A DNA stretch of 61,890 bases from positions 1 through 61,890 of the IMG/VR virus record IMGVR_UViG_3300043621_000039. One strand, 5' to 3'. Source of the stretch: a virus (Duplodnaviria > Caudoviricetes). Each line of letters starts with the position of its first letter. The first letter of the stretch is position 1. Shown here piece after piece: positions 36,933-47,472 of the stretch. Below the pieces are notes generated by a model. That model was not told the DNA's origin. It worked only from the letters and a program-made list of their open reading frames with translations, and ran no database searches. The translations under genes were made by a program, and so were the position numbers.

Positions 36933-39758
36933 ATGGCATTTGACCTGGGGACAGCCAAGGGTGAAATCGTTCTGGACTATGATGGCGATAGGGCCGTCGC
37001 CAGGGCCGAGCATGACATCAACAAGCTCGAAAGGAAGTCCAAGGATGCCGACAAGTCCATAGGGCGACTGGGAAAGACGCTCTCTGTACTCGGAAGTGGA
37101 CTGAAGCTTGCCGGCCTGGTGACTAGTCTGGCTGCTGCTGCAACACAAGCTGCCGCGCTCGGTATTCAGCTGCTTGGCACCATTCCATCCCTGGTTTCAA
37201 TGCTGTCGCTTTCCGCTGCGTTGCCGGGAGCTTTCGCCGGTGCGGTAGCGGCTATCGGCGTACTCAAGGCAGCTCTTTCCGGCGTGGGAGAGGCGCTCAA
37301 GGCAGCCTTTGATACGGAGAATCCAGAGAAATTCAACAAGGCGCTGGAAAAGCTCAGCCCGAATGCGCAGAAGTTCGCCAAGGCCGTGAAGGATGCAGTG
37401 CCCGGCCTCAAGGGTGTCCAGCAGGGCATCCAGGATGCATTCTTCAGCAACAAGCTCCAGGAGCTACTCCCGAGATTGGTGAGTGGACTCAACAGCATTC
37501 GGCCTAGTCTGAATGGGCTCGCGGCTGATTTTGGTGCGCTGACGAAGCAGGTTGCCGGATTCATTCTGGACTCTGACTTGAGCTGGGAGTTCATCGATAA
37601 TGCGGTTGTCAGCCTCCGGACCCAGCTGGCGAAGGTCGCGCCCAGTATCACGCCGATCCTTGTGGGCCTGCGGAGCGTTGGCGAGGTAGGCCTGCCGCTT
37701 TTGGATCGGATGGGGACTGCTGTTGCGACTTTGGCCGGTAAGTTTGGCGCCTGGCTGAATCAGATTGCGGCCGATGGTCGATTGCAGCAATGGATCGATA
37801 CCGCTCTGGTGACGTTCCAGCAGCTTGGCGGAATCATCAAGAATGTCTTCTCCATTCTGAATTCTGTAATCCAGGCTGCGCAAGCGACTGGTGGTGGACT
37901 CCTTGGGACGCTACAGGAGATCACCGGGCAATTCGCTGCCTTCCTGAAGAGCGCAGAGGGAGCCTCCGCCATTCGGTCGCTCTTCAGTGGAATCTTGGAG
38001 GTTGCCAGGGCTCTGGCACCTTCCGTCATGATCCTGGTGAAGGCGCTCGCCGGAGCGCTGGGACCAGCTTTCTCCCGGATTGGTAAAGAGCTAGGCCCGC
38101 TGCTGTTGCAGGTGGTCAAGGCACTAGCTCCAGCCTTTGCGCCTTTGGCGAGTGCGATTGCTGACCTGTTGATTGCAATTGCCCCGCTCATTCCGCCGAT
38201 CGCTGAGCTGGTTGCGATCATTGCTACCGGCCTAGCCGGTGCGATCTCGGCACTGGCTAAGGCGCTGGGTCCGACCATTAAGCTGCTTGCCGGCGGATTT
38301 ATGAAGGCCTTGCAGAAGCTTATGCCTTTGGTGCAGGAGTCGCTGACTAAGGCCCTGCCGATTGCTGCTGAGGCCGGTCTCAAACTGGCAGAGGCCCTGG
38401 CTCCGTTGATTCCGGCAATTGTGGAATTCGCTACGGCGCTTGCTGATACATTGATGCCGGTCATGCCGGAACTGCTCGACGCGGTGGTGCAGCTGATTCC
38501 CCCGTTGGTGGAGTTGGCTACGCTATTCGCTGAGCAATTCGCCGGAGCCCTGCGCGCCATCATCCCATTCCTGCCGAAGATCATCGGCTTCATCGTCGGG
38601 ATGCAGGGCGCCATCATGGGAGTCCTGAAGTTCATCATCCAATTCGTGACGTTCATGGTGAAGTTTGGTGAGGTGCTGCGGAATCTTCCTAGCCTGATCG
38701 CCGGAGCCGCATCCGCGCTGGGTGGAATCCTGGTTGGGGCATTCAGCAAGCTTTGGAGTGGCATCAAGGCATTCGGCAGCCAGCTGGCAGGATTCTTCTC
38801 GGCGCTCCCTGGGCAGATCATGAGCTTCCTTTCCAGCCTCCCGGAAAGGCTGGGGAATTTCTTCCGCAAGGCTTTGATGGGGGTAGCGACGATTGTTGGC
38901 ACGACACTCGGGCTGATTGTTGGAATTGTGGTGAAGCTGCCGCCCAAGATCATCGCCGCGTTGATCCAGCTGGGTCCAAAGCTCTGGGCCTGGGCGACTT
39001 CTGCCTGGGAGGGCGTGAAGAAGCGCTTCAGCGATGGGCTAGCGCGGGCTGAGGCTATCGCTAAGTCGCTGCCGGGGCGGATCACCCGCGCTATCTCGGC
39101 GCTAGGAAGCATGATCGCAAATCTGGCACGAGCGGCCTGGAATGCGCTAGTCTCCGCCTTCAACTCCGGCCGTGCGCGGGCTGAGTCGAGCGCTCGTGCA
39201 TTGCCAGGTCGGATCCGGTCGGCGCTCGGGAACATCGGGGGCATCCTGATCTCTTCCGGGCGCAATCTGATCAATGGCTTGATCCAGGGTATTGGCTTCG
39301 GAATCAGCCGTGTGCTGGGAATGGTTCGGGATCTGGCGAACCGGGTACGGGACGCATTCAACAACGCATTGTCGATTTTCTCACCGTCCAAGGTGATGTT
39401 TGAGTCCGGCGTCAACGTCGATGAGGGCGTCATCGAGGGCATGAAGTCCAAGCTTCGTGACGTTGGAAATATGGCCAAGAGGCTCGCCGCTTCCGTTATC
39501 AATCCAACCGTCGCGCTACCAGCGGGCGCAGCCGGAGCCCTCAGCGTCGGTGTGGCGGCAGCACCTCGCCCGGCACCGTCCACAGGCGCACCGGGTCAGG
39601 GCCGGAAGTTCGGTCCATACAACCTCGTGGTCGACGGCGGCGTGATCGCCTCCATCGTGATCGATACGATCACCGGGAACCCAACGGTAGTCTCCAAAGC
39701 AGCGGATGAGGGAACCAGGGCCGACTCCTGGGCTGGATCGGGAAGGAGAGGCCGATAA
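36933..39758 (+). CDS. Tape measure protein
   Basis: 941 aa, A/L/G-rich amphipathic repeats, SPSKV. Confidence 0.92.
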   Translation: MAFDLGTAKGEIVLDYDGDRAVARAEHDINKLERKSKDADKSIGRLGKTLSVLGSGLKLAGLVTSLAAAATQAAALGIQLLGTIPSLVSMLSLSAALPGAFAGAVAAIGVLKAALSGVGEALKAAFDTENPEKFNKALEKLSPNAQKFAKAVKDAVPGLKGVQQGIQDAFFSNKLQELLPRLVSGLNSIRPSLNGLAADFGALTKQVAGFILDSDLSWEFIDNAVVSLRTQLAKVAPSITPILVGLRSVGEVGLPLLDRMGTAVATLAGKFGAWLNQIAADGRLQQWIDTALVTFQQLGGIIKNVFSILNSVIQAAQATGGGLLGTLQEITGQFAAFLKSAEGASAIRSLFSGILEVARALAPSVMILVKALAGALGPAFSRIGKELGPLLLQVVKALAPAFAPLASAIADLLIAIAPLIPPIAELVAIIATGLAGAISALAKALGPTIKLLAGGFMKALQKLMPLVQESLTKALPIAAEAGLKLAEALAPLIPAIVEFATALADTLMPVMPELLDAVVQLIPPLVELATLFAEQFAGALRAIIPFLPKIIGFIVGMQGAIMGVLKFIIQFVTFMVKFGEVLRNLPSLIAGAASALGGILVGAFSKLWSGIKAFGSQLAGFFSALPGQIMSFLSSLPERLGNFFRKALMGVATIVGTTLGLIVGIVVKLPPKIIAALIQLGPKLWAWATSAWEGVKKRFSDGLARAEAIAKSLPGRITRAISALGSMIANLARAAWNALVSAFNSGRARAESSARALPGRIRSALGNIGGILISSGRNLINGLIQGIGFGISRVLGMVRDLANRVRDAFNNALSIFSPSKVMFESGVNVDEGVIEGMKSKLRDVGNMAKRLAASVINPTVALPAGAAGALSVGVAAAPRPAPSTGAPGQGRKFGPYNLVVDGGVIASIVIDTITGNPTVVSKAADEGTRADSWAGSGRRGR

Positions 39759-40687
39759 TGGCTCGCAGTGAGCGGCAGGTACCAAACGTCTACTTCGGAC
39801 GTCCGGGCAAGCTGGTGACGCTCCCGTGGCCGCGCGGAGACCTGGACCGGACCTATGACCGACAGACGTTCGACTTCATCACCGGCTCAGGGTACCACCA
39901 GGTCTCGTCGCTGAGCGCGGGATCTCGCACCTACACGATCCAATGGAACGCTCTGCATCTGGATAGCTTCATCAAGTTGGGGCAGTACCGGATCGGTGCG
40001 AACGGTCCCGGTCCCTGGGTGCTGATCGATCCGTCTGCGCCGAATCTGTTGCCTACCAACATTGGTGCAGCGTCCGGCCTGTTCGCCAACAATACCCAGA
40101 TGGTGGTTGGTGCGGTAACGAACGGCGTGCCAGGATCCAATAGCCTTCCGGCCTTCATCCACCGGACGGAGGGCTACCGCTCGATGAAGTGGGCGTTCAC
40201 TACCGGACCGATTGATACCAACCCAATCTTCGAGATGACTCCCATGTATCGCAGCTGGTTCGGCCAGCCCGTGGTGCCCGGATTGTCATACTCGTTCTCG
40301 TCCTGGTTGACGGTTGATGGGGTCGTGGAGACCAACGCAACCGTCGCCATCAAGATGATCTGGACTGATGCGGCCGGAGCGACGCTGTCGACCTCCTCCG
40401 GCGGAGACACCTCCATCACGACCTGGACCAAGCTCACCGTCACCGCTACGGCACCAGCCGGTGCGGTCTATGCCAAGCCGGTCTATGTCGCGCTTGGATC
40501 GTCGTTGGCCGTCAACGGAATCATCTACATCGATGAGCCGCTGTGGGAGCAGGATAGCGTCGTAAACGTCTGGGCGCCATCCACAGGGATCCGCCCGGTC
40601 GAGATCGTGGAGCTGAAGGAGGTTGTGCCGTTTGAGGCGCGCTTCAGGACCGCAGTCTCAATGACGCTACGGGAGTTGGCACGATGA
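39758..40687 (+). CDS. Distal tail-like minor tail protein with a carbohydrate-binding-like insert
   Basis: Follows the tape measure gene; NLLP...TWTKLTVTATAPAGA. Confidence 0.7.
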   Translation: MARSERQVPNVYFGRPGKLVTLPWPRGDLDRTYDRQTFDFITGSGYHQVSSLSAGSRTYTIQWNALHLDSFIKLGQYRIGANGPGPWVLIDPSAPNLLPTNIGAASGLFANNTQMVVGAVTNGVPGSNSLPAFIHRTEGYRSMKWAFTTGPIDTNPIFEMTPMYRSWFGQPVVPGLSYSFSSWLTVDGVVETNATVAIKMIWTDAAGATLSTSSGGDTSITTWTKLTVTATAPAGAVYAKPVYVALGSSLAVNGIIYIDEPLWEQDSVVNVWAPSTGIRPVEIVELKEVVPFEARFRTAVSMTLRELAR

Positions 40688-43600
40688 CAGATCTTGATGA
40701 CGCACTAAATACCAGCACTCCCATGTTCCACCCGGTCACGATCAACGCTGACTGGATGGAGCTGCCGCCCGGCGTGTCGGTCGGCGGAGTTGATTCGCTT
40801 CGTGACTTGGGGCAACAGGTTGGACCGTCTGGATATCAGGTCTCGCAGTCCTTTGACGACGGTCTACCGGATCCGGTCACCATGACGATGTCTGCCGACG
40901 CGTCCGGCTCGATGGGAACTGACCTGATCGGACGTCCGGCCAACATTGCAACTACCTTGCCGGCGTTCCGGTCCACGACGTCTGGATTTGGTACGGCTAC
41001 GGCGATCCCGGTCACCATGCCCAGCGACCTGATCTCTTCAGACTACGCGATTGTTGCCATCACCGTCAATGGCACAGAGCCGGTGTTTGAGGGCACCTAC
41101 GGCGAGGGTGACCCGGCGCGGAGTTGGCAGCTGCTAGCCACGGTTGCGGATTCCACCTACATAACATACGTGTTTGGCAGGGCGCACTTCCTGACGACGC
41201 TGGCGCCGACCTTCAAAATGCTGACCTCCAACCCATTCACCTGGGCAGTGGTGGGAATCGGCTCCGGCCTAACCGGCGGACCGTCAAACGTCTGGATGCG
41301 ACCAGGAACGGTGACGACGAAGGTCGAGACCGTCACAGGGACCTCCCACACTGGGCCGCTCGCCACGTTGCCGTCGCGCGGGTACCTCCTGGGCGTATTC
41401 GCTACTGCGGCAGCCTCAGGGCCATGGACACCGGCTGGAACAGGTGTGGAGCTAGTAGAGAACGTTGCTGGAACCGCAGCGCTACAGCTGGTGCGTTCAC
41501 CGTGGACTGATACGGATGGGGGCAGCTACCAGATCTCATCGACCACGACCGGCTCGACCGGTGTTGGGATGATGGTAACAATCCCGCTGATCCTGAAGGA
41601 TCGGCAGGCTATGGATGCCATGGCATTCTTCAGCCCCTTCAACGATGCCTCGCCGGTGAAGGACTTCGAGCACGACACAGCGCCGGTCGAGACGACGGTG
41701 AACGTGGTCTCACCGGTCGGCGTGATCGGGACGTCCGTCTTCAAGGGCCAGATGTCAGATCTGACGCTCAATGGTCGGATTGCCTCGATGCAGGCTGTCA
41801 GCAAGACCAGGATTGAACTCGACAAGGCCTCCACGCTGCCGACCGTGTTCGGTCGGCGGGAGAACTGCAGCACGGATTGGTTGGCTAGCTGGCTTCTGGC
41901 GCAGGGCGGCCAGTATATCGGCGTGGCCCCATCCCCGCAGACCCGTTGGTGGGCTCCGGCGCACGGCTCGCTACACGCCCACATGGATGGGCCGAACGGA
42001 TACGCCACCTCGATCTCTTACTACGCGGACCGGACGCCCAAGGGACCGTGGTCCAATTACCCGGCCATCACGGATGGACCGTTCCTGAAGGCCATGTTCG
42101 GGCAGGAGACGGACCCCCGAACTGACTACAACTTTTGGGGCGCTGACAAGAAGCAGTGGGCCACCGAAGTCCCTGGCATGGTCGGAGAGTTCAACGACAT
42201 CCTGAGCTTGAAGAACTCCGTGGGGCGGTTGACGTTTTGGCTTCGCGGAGACGCGAATGATGTGTTGCCAGACTCCTGGTCCGGGACCGGTCTGACCGAT
42301 GACCGCCTGGTGAACGTGACGATCACCTCCAATGACGGACACGGGCACAACAACTTCATGAGCTTCCGGGTCGACTCGTCCCGTAGGCCGCAGTCCTTCC
42401 TGGAGAATGGATTCATCCTAACCGGCGGTGACATGCCGACCGATGGTCTGTGGCACTTCTTTGGATTCGCTTGGGATTACGCGAACGGTCTGACGAAGAC
42501 CAGGCGTGACAACGTAACCTGGACCACCACTGGTTACGTCCCGCTGCCGTTGGCGTCAAGTGAGGCAGACGTAATGGGCTTGGGCGGTAGCGTGACGCTG
42601 TCGATCCAGGCCCGGCTTCCAATTGCTGAGATTCAGCTGGAGTCCGGACCGAACATGTACTCGGAGCTGTTCACGCGGTTCTATCCAACGCCTACCGCGC
42701 CGAGCCGGAACGTCACCTATCGCCCCACCAACCAGCGAATCGAAGCGGTGGCAGAGGTTACTCCGCAGCAGGGCTGGGCTGCGCTGCACGAACTGGCGAA
42801 GTCGACATTGTCAAGCCTGCGAGTGAATGAGGCTGACAATGTTGAAATGGTTCCGCTGGACTACTTTGGCGAGACCGCACAGATGACGGTCGAGGCCTAT
42901 AACGTCATCAGCACTGATGTGAATGCCAGCGAACTAGGCGTTACCACAGACGCCTCCAAGACGCGAAACTTTGTCACTGTGGAATTCCCAGAGACAAGAG
43001 TCGATACCAACCGAGCGCCGATTATCTCCATTAGCTCATCGATCGAGATCCCGCGTGGCATCACCTTCATGACGTTCGCGCTCGACAATCAGGTGGCGGA
43101 GGTACACGGTGCTATCGATCCGTATGGATCGACTTCCTGGTTGGTAAACAAGCTGACCTCTGCACAGATCGCAGCGCCTGCAACGATTCCCAATGACAAC
43201 ATCATGACGGTGAACGCGGCTAATGATGGCACCGGAACCGTTTACATTGGCTCCGGATTCACCGCCTATGTCGTGGGATGGACGAACTCCACAGTCAAGA
43301 TCCGGTTCACCAACAACACCGGAGTCATCAAGTACCTAGCGAACAATGGCGATCAGGTACCATTCCTGCGGATCCTGGGATATGTGATCCGGACCTCAGA
43401 GGCGTACGAATCGGTGCGGGATGCGGGCTCGGTGGCGAAGCGCCGGGAGCGCGCGTTGACCTCGCAGATCCGTTGGGTGCAGCGACGCGAGGAGGCGAGC
43501 GTGCTGGCATCAAACATGGTGACGGTGCTCTCCCGGCCACGTCCGCAGCTCAAGGTGCAGGTGATGGGGGATCCACGCCGCAAGCCGGGTCAGCTGATAC

Positions 43601-43767
43601 GTCTGGCGGATACTGAAGGTACGGCGGCAGATGGCACCTGGCGGATCCTCGCGGTTGATCATATCGGCAATGGTCCCATGTACGTCCAAGATCTCAGTCT
43701 GGTTCACGTAGGCGACGTTGGCGTCTGGGATGAATCGAACTGGGATGACGCGGTTTGGGGAGTGTAG
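40684..43767 (+). CDS. Large minor tail / hub protein
   Basis: 1027 aa; DGLWHF LamG-like segment; GDPRRKPG; WDESNWD end. Confidence 0.75.
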   Translation: MTDLDDALNTSTPMFHPVTINADWMELPPGVSVGGVDSLRDLGQQVGPSGYQVSQSFDDGLPDPVTMTMSADASGSMGTDLIGRPANIATTLPAFRSTTSGFGTATAIPVTMPSDLISSDYAIVAITVNGTEPVFEGTYGEGDPARSWQLLATVADSTYITYVFGRAHFLTTLAPTFKMLTSNPFTWAVVGIGSGLTGGPSNVWMRPGTVTTKVETVTGTSHTGPLATLPSRGYLLGVFATAAASGPWTPAGTGVELVENVAGTAALQLVRSPWTDTDGGSYQISSTTTGSTGVGMMVTIPLILKDRQAMDAMAFFSPFNDASPVKDFEHDTAPVETTVNVVSPVGVIGTSVFKGQMSDLTLNGRIASMQAVSKTRIELDKASTLPTVFGRRENCSTDWLASWLLAQGGQYIGVAPSPQTRWWAPAHGSLHAHMDGPNGYATSISYYADRTPKGPWSNYPAITDGPFLKAMFGQETDPRTDYNFWGADKKQWATEVPGMVGEFNDILSLKNSVGRLTFWLRGDANDVLPDSWSGTGLTDDRLVNVTITSNDGHGHNNFMSFRVDSSRRPQSFLENGFILTGGDMPTDGLWHFFGFAWDYANGLTKTRRDNVTWTTTGYVPLPLASSEADVMGLGGSVTLSIQARLPIAEIQLESGPNMYSELFTRFYPTPTAPSRNVTYRPTNQRIEAVAEVTPQQGWAALHELAKSTLSSLRVNEADNVEMVPLDYFGETAQMTVEAYNVISTDVNASELGVTTDASKTRNFVTVEFPETRVDTNRAPIISISSSIEIPRGITFMTFALDNQVAEVHGAIDPYGSTSWLVNKLTSAQIAAPATIPNDNIMTVNAANDGTGTVYIGSGFTAYVVGWTNSTVKIRFTNNTGVIKYLANNGDQVPFLRILGYVIRTSEAYESVRDAGSVAKRRERALTSQIRWVQRREEASVLASNMVTVLSRPRPQLKVQVMGDPRRKPGQLIRLADTEGTAADGTWRILAVDHIGNGPMYVQDLSLVHVGDVGVWDESNWDDAVWGV

Positions 43768-43770
43768 GGA

Positions 43771-44337
43771 ATGACTTATACAATTGGTCTTCCGATTCAG
43801 GGCCAGCCGATTTCATCCGGCAACTATGGCATCAAGGTCCGAGATGCCATCAATGATCTGGACACCCGGGTCGCCCTGATCGAGGCCGCACAGTCTCTGC
43901 CGCTATCGGTACGCAATACCGGAAACACCAACACAGTAACGGGTACGGCTAATACCTGGACTAACCTGCCGACCAACCCCTGGCCCACCACACAGATGAC
44001 GAACCCATCTGCGGACTTCGATCTTTACTGCTTGGTGAACTTTGGTTGTTGGCTGACGAATACGACTGGATCTCTTCGGATGGGCGTGCTGCTAACGGGC
44101 GGTATTTCGGCCGGTCCAGATCCGGGTGTAAACTCCGTTGCAGGCTGGGGTATGATGCCGCTAGAGAGCACGGCCGGGTTGCAGTCGCAGCATGCCGGTG
44201 CGTTCTCGATCGTCATTCCTGCCGGAGCGGCAGCGGTAACCTTTACAGCACAGTCACAGCGCTCGGTAGCCTCCGGTACCCAGAGCGTCAACTATCCCAC
44301 CATCGAGGTCACACCGATTCGCTTCCAGCCCAGCTAA
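43771..44337 (+). CDS. Minor tail protein
   Basis: GQPISS...VRDAINDL N-terminus; beta-rich C-terminus. Confidence 0.65.
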   Translation: MTYTIGLPIQGQPISSGNYGIKVRDAINDLDTRVALIEAAQSLPLSVRNTGNTNTVTGTANTWTNLPTNPWPTTQMTNPSADFDLYCLVNFGCWLTNTTGSLRMGVLLTGGISAGPDPGVNSVAGWGMMPLESTAGLQSQHAGAFSIVIPAGAAAVTFTAQSQRSVASGTQSVNYPTIEVTPIRFQPS

Positions 44338-44479
44338 GGAGGAGCGTTGACGACAGTTCAGGTGCCGCCCGAGCCGCCAGAGGCACCGGAAGGGCCGGTG
44401 CCCACGGAGGGACCGGACAGCACTGAGGGGGATGGGCCGGACGGCATCCCACCCGCCTATCCCCAGGAGGAGCAACCAG

Positions 44480-45328
44480 ATGGCGCAGAGTAAGGAATTC
44501 CCACAGTACAAGTGGGTGCAGGCCAAGTCCTACACCAAGAACCGTGTCTCCGCTGCCTACCCGGATGTGATCTTCATCCACACCACGGAGGGCAGCGAGG
44601 GGCTGGTCAGTGCCGAGAATGGTGCGGCGTATGACGCGCGCCGTTCGGACGGGACCTCAACGCACTTCTTTGTGGACCAGAACTCCACGATCCAGTGTGT
44701 GCTGACGACGGATGAGGCGCACGCCGCGCGCCGGACCGGCAACGACAAGGGGATCCAGATCGAGGTCTGCGGCAAGGCCGCGCAGTCCAAGACGCAGTGG
44801 GCGGATCCGGCCAGCCGTGGCGCCGTCAACCAGGCTGCTGATGTCGGGGTGGCGATCCGGAAGAAGTACGGCAAGTCCAGGTTCCCGTTGCGGAACCTGA
44901 CTCCGGCGGAGCTGCGAGCCGGCAAGAATGGGTTCGCAGAGCACTACGATGCCACCAAGGCCTTCCCTTCGGACGGCGGAGACCACACCGATCCAGGCCC
45001 GAACTTCCCGTGGGGCCTACTCTTCGACCTCATCGAGCAGAAGGAGCGTGCCGTGACGGCACCCAAGCCGCTCAAGCAGCACAAGGTACTCGCCCTCGAT
45101 GGGCTTTCGCTGCCGGAGCTCAAGTACGGCATGAAGGACAGCGACTACAAGGGTTATTGGAACATTTCCAAGATGCAGGACCTCCTGGGCGTGCCGGTGG
45201 ACGGCGACTACGGCGCCCAGACTGCTGCGGCGGTCAAGGCCAAGGTCAAGAAGGGCGACGGCAAGACCGTGGACCTGGATGACTGGATGGTCATCTACGG
45301 CCTGTCGACTGTGGATCCGCCTAAGTAG
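44480..45328 (+). CDS. Endolysin, N-acetylmuramoyl-L-alanine amidase with a C-terminal cell-wall-binding region
   Basis: IHTTEG, STHF, AHA, IQIEVC, EH, HTDPG; VDGDYGAQT. Confidence 0.9.
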   Translation: MAQSKEFPQYKWVQAKSYTKNRVSAAYPDVIFIHTTEGSEGLVSAENGAAYDARRSDGTSTHFFVDQNSTIQCVLTTDEAHAARRTGNDKGIQIEVCGKAAQSKTQWADPASRGAVNQAADVGVAIRKKYGKSRFPLRNLTPAELRAGKNGFAEHYDATKAFPSDGGDHTDPGPNFPWGLLFDLIEQKERAVTAPKPLKQHKVLALDGLSLPELKYGMKDSDYKGYWNISKMQDLLGVPVDGDYGAQTAAAVKAKVKKGDGKTVDLDDWMVIYGLSTVDPPK

Positions 45329-45393
45329 TCCGGAACCTCCAAGGCCCCAGACCCCGGCCAAAGCTTCCGAATGAGAGATATGGCGGAATATGA

Positions 45394-45663
45394 GTGAGCG
45401 ACCGAGAGACTCAACGCCTCAAGACCTGGGTATTTATCCGTCACAACCTATCCTGGCTATTCGGATGGGGCCTGGTGGCATACGAGGCCATGCAACCGGG
45501 GGAACCGCGCGAAGCAATACTTATCCTAGCAGGATCGGTGATCCTGTATCCGTTGGGGGAGGTGGCAGGATCGTCAGCGATCGCAGCGGTAACCGCACGC
45601 CGATCTGGTGGCGACGAGTCGTCTACGCCGTCACAGGAGCCAGCGCCCTCGCAGCAGTCGTAA
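45394..45663 (+). CDS. Membrane protein of the lysis cassette
   Basis: Two hydrophobic segments. Confidence 0.5.
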   Translation: MSDRETQRLKTWVFIRHNLSWLFGWGLVAYEAMQPGEPREAILILAGSVILYPLGEVAGSSAIAAVTARRSGGDESSTPSQEPAPSQQS

Positions 45664-45746
45664 TTGCGATTGCGAAGGGCGGATTGGGGTAAGACGTACC
45701 TGCCCAAGTAGGGCTGGCTACGATAGCCCGCAAGGAGGGCAAGGAA

Positions 45747-46112
45747 ATGAGCTGGAAGACGCACGGTAAGACCATCATGGAATTGTTGGGAGCGCTGGTG
45801 ATGGCGGGAGTCGTCGCGTACCAGTATGTTGCGGATCAGGGCGTGACCCTGAGCGAGTGGGTCATGGTACTGATCGCGGTCGCCGGTGTTCTGAACGTCT
45901 GGGCAGCTTCCAACATCCCCGGCTTCGACAAGGCCAAGTTGCTGGTCTCAGGGATCTTCGTGGTCCTCAACCTGCTGGTGGGAATGCTGACAGACTCCCA
46001 TCTCACCGGCGATGAGGTCATGCTGCTGGTGATCCAATTCCTGTCTACGCTTGGAGTTGCGGGCGCTCCGGCGGTCGTGCACCAGGAGCTTCGAGGCACG
46101 GTAACCCGCTAG
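45747..46112 (+). CDS. Holin-like protein
   Basis: About four TM helices, downstream of the endolysin. Confidence 0.7.
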   Translation: MSWKTHGKTIMELLGALVMAGVVAYQYVADQGVTLSEWVMVLIAVAGVLNVWAASNIPGFDKAKLLVSGIFVVLNLLVGMLTDSHLTGDEVMLLVIQFLSTLGVAGAPAVVHQELRGTVTR

Positions 46113-46389
46113 TAGCGGCAACCAGGAGATCGACGGTACCGTTGATCTCATCGGCGCGGAGGATACTTCAGGGACACAGGTTGGTCCCTTCGGACCTGGG
46201 GCCTCCTCCGCTAGCCCGTGAGTTTGCCGGGCTGAACGGCCGGATGGCTAGGGGAGACCTCTCATCTTCCCTGACGGATAGCCATCCGGCCGTTTGCGTT
46301 TTCTCGGGATGTAGGACATATTTTGGAGTTGTCCCGAGATCCGGGATTTTGGCCAAAGAATTTTTCAGACCCCTGTGTACTACAAAATC

Positions 46390-46423
46390 CCTGGTAAACG
46401 CCAATTCCTACGAACCTGGTTCC
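46390..46423. promoter_or_regulatory. 34-bp repeat, copy 1 (contains CAATTCCTACGAA)
   Basis: 31/34 identical to 49150-49183. Confidence 0.7.
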
Positions 46424-46462
46424 GGTGTATTGGGGCTTGCCCCGCGTAGGGGATGGTTCCGG

Positions 46463-46513
46463 TGGCGTAGTCTGATGACGTGCCCCGGACCGATGGGGCG
46501 AACCGAAGGGACC
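46463..46513 (+). promoter_or_regulatory. Early promoter/leader unit: GGCG-TAGTCT, hairpin, CCGAAGGGACC
   Basis: The same architecture recurs before several right-arm genes. Confidence 0.7.
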
Positions 46514-46517
46514 GAAA

Positions 46518-47369
46518 ATGACCACTCGCAAGCGCGTCGCCCACACCGCCAGCTTCCTGCAGACCTTCCACACCGGTCAGACCACCGCCGCTCGGCGCGA
46601 GGCAGCTGGCGCGGAGGGCTCCGAGCCGTTCGCCGCTCCGGCTGACGCTGAGGCGGTGGCTTTCGTCATGGCAATCGACCCTGGAAAGACTACGGGCGTC
46701 ACCTTCGCGCAGCCGACCCGGCCTGGGTTCTACTTCGCGGAGTACCGGGGAGTCAAGGTGCTGCACGGCAACGGGATGCTGACTGAGCCGCAGGCCAAGT
46801 ACGTCGTGGGAATCGCGCTCGACCGTGAGGGCGTCACCGATGAAATGCTGGAGAGCTTGAAGGTCCGGCTGGAGCAGGGCTTCGCGAAGTACGCAGCGAG
46901 CCAGTTCATCACTCGCTATAAGGACCTGCCCCGCAAGGCTGCTCCGGCCACCACCTCTGCCCCGGAGAAGGTCACCGAGGACGGGATCTATGTGGACCGG
47001 GAGACCGGACGCATCTTCAAGGTCCAGCGCAATAAGGCTCAGGGTACCGGGACCCGTCTCTACGCCAAGCAGCTTTCGATTGAGTTCACCCGGAATGGCG
47101 AGCGGGAAGAGCGCGAGGATGGACTGCTGGACATGGACTTCAACGGAGTCCCCCAGCACGTCAACGGTAAGCCCCAGGTTCAGATGCACTGGGAGTACGT
47201 CTCCGGCCTGGTCTACCGGATCAAGCCCGAGTGGCGGCTGCGGCCGGAGCAGGCCAAGGAGTGGGGCGTGCTCTACGGGTCCTGCGTCCGGTGCCACCGG
47301 GACCTCACCAAGGAGGAGTCGATCGGCCGGATGATGGGCGATACCTGCGCCAGCAGGCAGGGCTTCTGA
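46518..47369 (+). CDS. DUF6011-like zinc-finger protein
   Basis: C-terminal CVRCHRDLTKEESIGRMMGDTC. Confidence 0.7.
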   Translation: MTTRKRVAHTASFLQTFHTGQTTAARREAAGAEGSEPFAAPADAEAVAFVMAIDPGKTTGVTFAQPTRPGFYFAEYRGVKVLHGNGMLTEPQAKYVVGIALDREGVTDEMLESLKVRLEQGFAKYAASQFITRYKDLPRKAAPATTSAPEKVTEDGIYVDRETGRIFKVQRNKAQGTGTRLYAKQLSIEFTRNGEREEREDGLLDMDFNGVPQHVNGKPQVQMHWEYVSGLVYRIKPEWRLRPEQAKEWGVLYGSCVRCHRDLTKEESIGRMMGDTCASRQGF

Positions 47370-47472
47370 TGGAGATTGCGGCGCTGGGCAGATCTTCCGC
47401 CCGGCTTCCCAATGGAGTAGCGTCATCAGTGAACGGGTCGAGAGAGCGCCCCGCCAACCGAAGGGACCAGTC

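Noticed and set aside
37760-39583. Long minus-strand ORFs (also 31826..33418, 26979..28496, 23105..24370, 47305..48684)
   Set aside because: Antisense shadows of high-GC3 genes with no recognisable motifs
44347-44427. 26-aa Pro/Glu-rich ORF behind a strong AAGGAGG
   Set aside because: Too short and featureless to support from sequence alone
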